13,043 bases of DNA from Candidatus Hodarchaeota archaeon. Lineage in GTDB: Archaea > Asgardarchaeota > Heimdallarchaeia > Hodarchaeales > Hodarchaeaceae. Below, one piece after another: positions 8,577 through 13,043 of this stretch (positions within the stretch are counted from its first letter, which is position 1; each line of letters starts with the position of its first letter). The notes under the pieces are model-generated. The model was not told the origin of the DNA and made no database searches. It was given only the letters and a program-made list of their open reading frames with translations. A program made the position numbers and the translations under genes. The stretch is taken from the NCBI GenBank assembly GCA_016840035.1, contig JAEOTC010000259.1, positions 1-13,043 on the forward strand, written 5' to 3'.

Positions 8577-8715
8577 AATAGACTTTAAGCACTATAAAAA
8601 TGTTTGTCTCTTCTTCGAATTCAATAGCATTAGTATCGTTGTTATATTGAAGAAAGTAGGGATCTCATTATTCCACAAAGAGAATAGATTAAAAAAAGTG
8701 CTTAATCAGTCTATT
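8577..8715. repeat. Imperfect 17-bp inverted repeat pair in divergent intergenic region
   Basis: AATAGACTTTAAGCACT (8577-8593) vs AGTGCTTAAtcAGTCTATT (8697-8715): exact reverse complement apart from a 2-nt insertion. Confidence 0.6.
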
Positions 8716-8970
8716 ATTCAATTCAAACGGAAGTTATATTTTTAATATCCAGTACTAAATTTATTAGGGGGAAGAGCTGACCAATAAGTTGACTTAACTC
8801 TAAGAAACAGAGCTAATGAAACTTTACCACTATAATAAACTTATTAAAGAAGTCTATTTCTCATTCAACCAGAGTAAAATAGTTAGAACTAGTGGTAATT
8901 TATGGTCTAACCTTAAATTGTTAAAAGATCTGAAAAACTGCTCAAAATTAATAAATTTCCAATTAAGATA

Positions 8971-8990
8971 AGTGCAAATATTAAATTACT
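8971..8990 (+). promoter_or_regulatory. Candidate BRE/TATA for the radical SAM operon
   Basis: AGTGCAAATATTAAATTACT ~30-40 nt upstream of GTG 9019. The AT-rich context lowers specificity. Confidence 0.3.
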
Positions 8991-9018
8991 TTTGATTTTA
9001 GTTGACAGTACGTGAAAG

Positions 9019-10185
9019 GTGGCAAAAATAGGTTCTTTGGAAAAAAAAATTGAGATATTAGGAGATGCAAGCAAGTTCGACGTTTGTGCATCCATGGCTT
9101 CCTCCCGTATACCAAGAGAAAAAAACCGGATTGGGAAACCTGACAAAGCAGGAATTTGTCACGCATTTACTCCTGATGGTCGCTGTATCAGTCTTTTCAA
9201 AGTCCTGATGACAAACAAATGTGCATACGATTGTCTGTACTGTAAGAATAGCTGTATAAATCAAAAATCTACGGCGATGTTCGAACCAGATGAATTAGTG
9301 AAAGCATTTATTGGATTACACCTTAGAAATTATGTTGAAGGCCTTTTTCTGTCTAGTGGGGTTTGGAGAAACACAACTGAAACAGCAGAAAAAATGATTG
9401 AAGCATTATCCATTATTCGTAAGAAATACCTTTATCAAGGGTATATGCACATAAAGATTCTTCCAGGAACTGACAGAGAATATATTACACAATTCCAAGA
9501 ATTAGCTGATCGTGTAAGTCTAAATGTTGAGCTTCCAACAGCTTCCCATCTATCAGAGGTATCCTCAACTAAAAGTTACTATTCGGACATTTTAAAGTGT
9601 CAAAACTATATAAAACAAAATATAGACAAAGGCTTAACTCCTGCAGGACAAACCACACAGTTTGTTATTGGTTCAACAAACGAAACTGATCGGGAAGTAA
9701 TTGAAAGACTCCTTTGGGAATATCAATACCTCGATATCAGACGTGGATATTTTTCAGCATTTATCCCTGTTAAGGGGACGGATTTAGGTAAAAAGAAAGT
9801 AGATAGAGTTGAATTAAAAACACGAGAGAACTTTCTTTATCGTGTTGACTGGCTTGCAAGACGATATCAGTATACAAAAGAGGAAATTTATTCTATTCTG
9901 AATGAAGAAGATATGATACCACTAGCTATAGACCCCAAAATAGCTGTTGCGTTACAAGACGATCGATTCCCAATTGATGTTAATGAAGCGTCTTACACAG
10001 ATTTATTAAGAGTACCAGGAATTGGAGAGACATCAGCAAGGAGAATAATAAACCTTCGCAAAGTGAAGCAAAAAATTGAGAACTATCGGGATTTAAGAAG
10101 AGTTGGTTCAGTAGTTCAGCGAGCAAAGCCCTTCTTAATAGTGGATGGAAAAAAAATGACCAGAATAATTGATTACTTGGTCTGA
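9019..10185 (+). CDS. Putative DNA modification/repair radical SAM protein with C-terminal helix-hairpin-helix (TIGR03916/COG4277 type)
   Basis: N-terminal KIEILGDASKFDVC; GICHAFTPDGRCISLFKVLMTNKCAYDCLYC (CxxxCxxC); YVEGLFLSSG; GYMHIKILPG; ADRVSLNVELP; PAGQTTQFVIG; YFSAFIPV; LDPK-like IDPK; HhH DVNEASYTDLLRVPGIGETSARRII. Confidence 0.93.
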   Translation: MAKIGSLEKKIEILGDASKFDVCASMASSRIPREKNRIGKPDKAGICHAFTPDGRCISLFKVLMTNKCAYDCLYCKNSCINQKSTAMFEPDELVKAFIGLHLRNYVEGLFLSSGVWRNTTETAEKMIEALSIIRKKYLYQGYMHIKILPGTDREYITQFQELADRVSLNVELPTASHLSEVSSTKSYYSDILKCQNYIKQNIDKGLTPAGQTTQFVIGSTNETDREVIERLLWEYQYLDIRRGYFSAFIPVKGTDLGKKKVDRVELKTRENFLYRVDWLARRYQYTKEEIYSILNEEDMIPLAIDPKIAVALQDDRFPIDVNEASYTDLLRVPGIGETSARRIINLRKVKQKIENYRDLRRVGSVVQRAKPFLIVDGKKMTRIIDYLV

Positions 10186-10190
10186 TTTCA

Positions 10191-10793
10191 ATGCAAAGAT
10201 TTATCTGCAAAGAGGAGGTCATTAGTTCCCTCAAACGACATCGACAAGTCACCCCTGAATATATTCGTAAAATTGAAAGAATACCAAGGCAAGTGTTAGA
10301 AAATGTAGGAACCGATTTAGCTAAAGAAGCAGCTGCATTAAGTAGGGAAGTAGATAGCGATCTACACGCACATAAGGCATTTTTACGTCTATCTATCTCA
10401 CCGCATGGAATAATCTATGCACGCTTAGATAAAATGAAACATAGGAATGAAAAACCATTACTTAAATTCTACTCAGAACGCTTTCCCATATACACCGTGT
10501 TATTTGGTTCGAAAAGAGGAGTTTTTGGAGCGAAGAATGGGACTACCCTCATCTTAGAAAAAGGAACGCTAGAAGAATCTTTGAATAAATTAGAAGCGAG
10601 TTTACCTCTCGATCCATTACTTACTGGAATAGAAAACCAAAACCATGAGGAATTATGGGAAAGATTTGCTAAATCACAGCTTATTAAAGGAGCTCAGACT
10701 TCAAGCCAGATGAAATCACTAGCAAGAAAATGGAAGAATACTGTTGCTAAAAAAGACTCAAAAAACCAATCTTTAGAAAAATATCTTAATTAG
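10191..10793 (+). CDS. DUF4130/TIGR03915-like partner of the radical SAM protein (short, divergent)
   Basis: Starts 5 nt after the rSAM stop. EVDSDLHAHKAFLRL, YARL..KH, FYSERFP and EELWERFAKS resemble the family motifs VxRExHxMKxFxRF, HFxxRF and EELWxxYxxS. The gene order is the conserved one. Confidence 0.75.
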   Translation: MQRFICKEEVISSLKRHRQVTPEYIRKIERIPRQVLENVGTDLAKEAAALSREVDSDLHAHKAFLRLSISPHGIIYARLDKMKHRNEKPLLKFYSERFPIYTVLFGSKRGVFGAKNGTTLILEKGTLEESLNKLEASLPLDPLLTGIENQNHEELWERFAKSQLIKGAQTSSQMKSLARKWKNTVAKKDSKNQSLEKYLN

Positions 10794-10923
10794 TATAATT
10801 TACTCCACGACTCTTATCTTGAAGAGTATATATCAAATTCTAAACTGGTTAACCAAGACTACAAATTCAAAGGGTAGGATAATGGTCCCCAAGTTTGGAT
10901 ATTCAGAACTATCTATGTAGGAA

Positions 10924-11754
10924 TCATTCGATTAGTTCCGTTAGACCACTAGCATTTTCAATTAAATCTACTAGATACGCTGAAAAACGAGCAGCAGGAC
11001 CCCCATCAATAATATCATGGTCAAGAGAGATTGTTATCTGTAAACATTGTTCTTCCCTAATAGAATCACCAGATTTAACGAGTTTTTGAGTGATTCCACC
11101 AATTGCAAAATTGAGCGGAGTTATCCCACCAAATCCACCTACCCACCCACGAGTATTTGTAAACATACCAACTGAAGTAACCACAATTAACCCTCCCTGT
11201 TTCTTAATGGTAAAAGGATTTTTAATAATTCGTCTTATCAGTCTTTGACGTATGAAGGCTGGAATAAACGGATATAGTTTGATAAGTATTCCCCGATCAA
11301 GAAGCTGATTTTCCTCAGTAACTTCCATACTTTGTGCAGCCCGAATCTCCCTAGAAATGGTTAATAAATCTTTTTTTGTGGTTTTTCGAACCGAATAAGG
11401 GACCGGAATGACTTTGTCTTGTAATTGTCGTTCCACCATGACAATAATATCAATGTCATCAAACGTTACAAGCTTTTTTCTCCCTTTTCGATAAGAATTA
11501 AATTCTGGAAATTGAAGAACAGCATCACTTATACACTTAACAATCCAAGATGTGAAAGAAATTTTTTGCCCAGTCTTCTCTGAAAACTTGTTTATCAATT
11601 CTTTACCTTTAGATACAGTAACTTCAATGTAACCTATGGAATAATGCTTCTTTAAAAATTCATCATAAAGATCACTGAGAATTTGTCGATTGGTGGGAAA
11701 ATCTGTAAGATGGTAATTTCCAAGTATGTTTTCTGACTCTATTGGTGATGACAT
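10924..11754 (-). CDS. 2-oxoacid dehydrogenase E2-like acyltransferase, catalytic domain only
   Basis: KISFTSWIVKC, FPEFNS, VTSVGMF, FAIGGI and catalytic HxxxDG (DHDIIDGGPAARF). No lipoyl or subunit-binding domain. SD GGAGG upstream of ATG 11754. Confidence 0.9.
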   Translation of the reverse strand: MSSPIESENILGNYHLTDFPTNRQILSDLYDEFLKKHYSIGYIEVTVSKGKELINKFSEKTGQKISFTSWIVKCISDAVLQFPEFNSYRKGRKKLVTFDDIDIIVMVERQLQDKVIPVPYSVRKTTKKDLLTISREIRAAQSMEVTEENQLLDRGILIKLYPFIPAFIRQRLIRRIIKNPFTIKKQGGLIVVTSVGMFTNTRGWVGGFGGITPLNFAIGGITQKLVKSGDSIREEQCLQITISLDHDIIDGGPAARFSAYLVDLIENASGLTELIE

Positions 11755-11935
11755 TCAGTAGCCTCCATATAATAACGTTAGATTCTTTACTCTTTGATGT
11801 TTCTTTCTTCTTCTTTGCACTTCCTCCTATTTTTGACTATGTATCTTTTGCATATAACAAATTGATACAAAACGGGAGAACTAAGATAAACAACATAAAG
11901 CTCCCAATTTCTTAAAAAGAAATCTCTGTGGCGAA

Positions 11936-12292
11936 TTAGGCTTCAAATACTGATAAAGTCTTACGAAAATCAGCCGACTCATGCTCTTGATCGACATTTT
12001 CCACACGATAAGTAATCCCTGTTTTTCGTTGGAGTGCGATAGCTGAATGTGCGCCAACGAATTTGGATCGGATCGAAGCAGTCGTACCAACCCACAAAAA
12101 GATTTTTCGATAGACATCATTAACGAAAAGATAAACCATATCCTCATTCAATGGTTCTGAAGAGAAAGGAATAGGGTGGATTTTATCAGGATGGGTTTGC
12201 ACACAAAAAAGATGAATATTTTGTCTTGCAACAGGTTTCAGATGACTATTAGCAGATTCAATCGGTTTTATGATGGGGAGATTGTGAAACAT
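11936..12292 (-). CDS. Single-domain gelsolin/villin-like protein (Asgard 1DGel-type candidate actin regulator)
   Basis: LNEDMVYLFVND...IFLWVGTTASIRSKFVGAHSA...RVENVDQEHESADF matches the gelsolin repeat pattern LNxxDxFILD...IFxWxGxxSxxxE/K...A...V.QGxExxxF. GAGGA lies upstream of the ATG. Confidence 0.8.
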   Translation of the reverse strand: MFHNLPIIKPIESANSHLKPVARQNIHLFCVQTHPDKIHPIPFSSEPLNEDMVYLFVNDVYRKIFLWVGTTASIRSKFVGAHSAIALQRKTGITYRVENVDQEHESADFRKTLSVFEA

Positions 12293-12305
12293 CTACAGAT
12301 CCTCT

Positions 12306-12360
12306 ATTAGAGTTAAAAACCTATGAAGAGATTGTAATTAGAGTTAAACTTACCTCTGAA
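12306..12360. repeat. Imperfect tandem direct repeat upstream of the gelsolin-like gene
   Basis: ATTAGAGTTAAA at 12306-12317 and 12337-12348 (31-nt period), followed by ACCTATGAA and ACCTCTGAA respectively. Confidence 0.7.
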
Positions 12361-12504
12361 CACCTCCAAGGTTTTCGCATTTAAATATCATCAAAAGATG
12401 TCCAGAACATCCCTTCTCGCTTTGCACGAAATCAATCAAACTCCCTACACAGATATTTTTTCTAACCTGTGAACTCCGTCAAAAGCTGACTTAGATTAGA
12501 AAAG

Positions 12505-12525
12505 TATAAACAAAGGTAAATATTA
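12505..12525 (+). promoter_or_regulatory. Candidate BRE/TATA for leaderless DinB-family transcript
   Basis: CAAAGG-TAAATATT ~20-27 nt upstream of ATG 12544; no SD visible. Confidence 0.35.
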
Positions 12526-12543
12526 TCTGTTTCTGTGAAATAT

Positions 12544-13043
12544 ATGGCACAACAGACAACGGTTCAGATGTTGATATGGCAATTAGAAGGTTGGTTTCAA
12601 GAATTAGTTCAAATTTTATCCGAAATCTCGAAGGAAGAGGCGAAATGGAAACCTACAGCTAAATCTAAAACATTTGACGTACTTGACCAGTTTTATGGGA
12701 AACGAAAAGACTGGATTTCAGAACACTTTCTTGACCCCATCTGTACAATCGAATATAAAGTAGTCCATTTAGCACAAAATAAGCAAAAGTATAATGAATA
12801 CGCGTTTAGGGAGGGGAGTCAGAAATGGATAGATCTCAAATGTCCAGAATGGCCCCACTGTATCGATTATTTGAAACAAACTCAGAAAAGATTAGTTGAG
12901 AACCTTCAAAATCTGACAGATGAACAATTGGATGATAAGATAGATACTCGTAGGGATGAGTTGTGGCCAATGAAAAGAATAATCTCAACCTTGATCTTTC
13001 ACGATGCATATCATTTTGGTCAAATAAATACTATAAGAAATTT
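12544..13043 (+). CDS. Partial DinB/YfiT-like four-helix-bundle protein (putative metal-dependent enzyme)
   Basis: Not in ORF track. Manual translation is open to the window end: MAQQTTVQMLIWQLEGWFQELVQILSEISKEEAKWKPT...TIEYKVVHLAQ...LQNLTDEQLDD...WPMKRIISTLIFHDAYHFGQINTIRN. It has the DinB motifs W.P, TIxxxxxH, LTDEQL and HxxYHxGQI. Confidence 0.88.
   Translation, partial: MAQQTTVQMLIWQLEGWFQELVQILSEISKEEAKWKPTAKSKTFDVLDQFYGKRKDWISEHFLDPICTIEYKVVHLAQNKQKYNEYAFREGSQKWIDLKCPEWPHCIDYLKQTQKRLVENLQNLTDEQLDDKIDTRRDELWPMKRIISTLIFHDAYHFGQINTIRN

Noticed and set aside
8548-8745. 65-aa plus-strand ORF
   Set aside because: No SD, composition typical of AT-rich non-coding DNA, and it overlaps the expected promoter of the 6491-8539 gene.
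9002-9016. TTGACA (bacterial -35-like) and imperfect dyad TTGAC-N5-GTGAA as a possible SOS box
   Set aside because: Too close to the start codon for a -35 element, no -10 element, no match to LexA boxes I know, and the context appears archaeal.
10820-10855. Small hairpin ACTCTT-N6-AAGAGT and palindrome TGGTTAACCA between convergent genes
   Set aside because: Short and AT-rich with no adjoining T-tract; indistinguishable from chance.
8913-11089. ORFs 8913-9146, 8981-9166, 9058-9264, 9980-10252 (-) and 10895-11089 (+)
   Set aside because: Antisense overlaps of confidently assigned genes.
11881-12147. 88-aa alternative-frame ORF overlapping the gelsolin-like gene
   Set aside because: The 11936-12292 frame carries the recognisable domain; this frame has no motifs.
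12306-12360. Direct repeats as a mini-CRISPR array
   Set aside because: Only two short units with a 31-nt period and no cas genes.

Overview
AT-rich chromosomal window, most likely from an Asgard archaeon (Heimdall/Hodarchaeales-like). This is inferred from a stand-alone gelsolin-domain gene, TATA-type promoters, PIP-box-like tails and a PGF/Heimdall-CTERM-like surface protein. Gene order: partial Cys-motif membrane protein (-); three-gene MacB/FtsX-LolD-type ABC operon (+) whose second ATPase has a ~390-aa unannotated helical N-terminal extension; convergent beta-helix/Ca-binding-repeat cell-surface glycoprotein (-); radical SAM-HhH protein (TIGR03916 type) plus DUF4130-like partner (+); catalytic-domain-only 2-oxoacid dehydrogenase E2-like acyltransferase (-); single-domain gelsolin-like protein (-); partial DinB-family protein (+). 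The best candidate for an undescribed system is the radical SAM/DUF4130 pair, where both proteins end in PCNA-binding (PIP-box)-like tails. Next are the asymmetric ABC ATPase pair and the gelsolin. No tRNA, rRNA, CRISPR array or transposase was seen. All family calls come from motif recognition by eye, not database searches.
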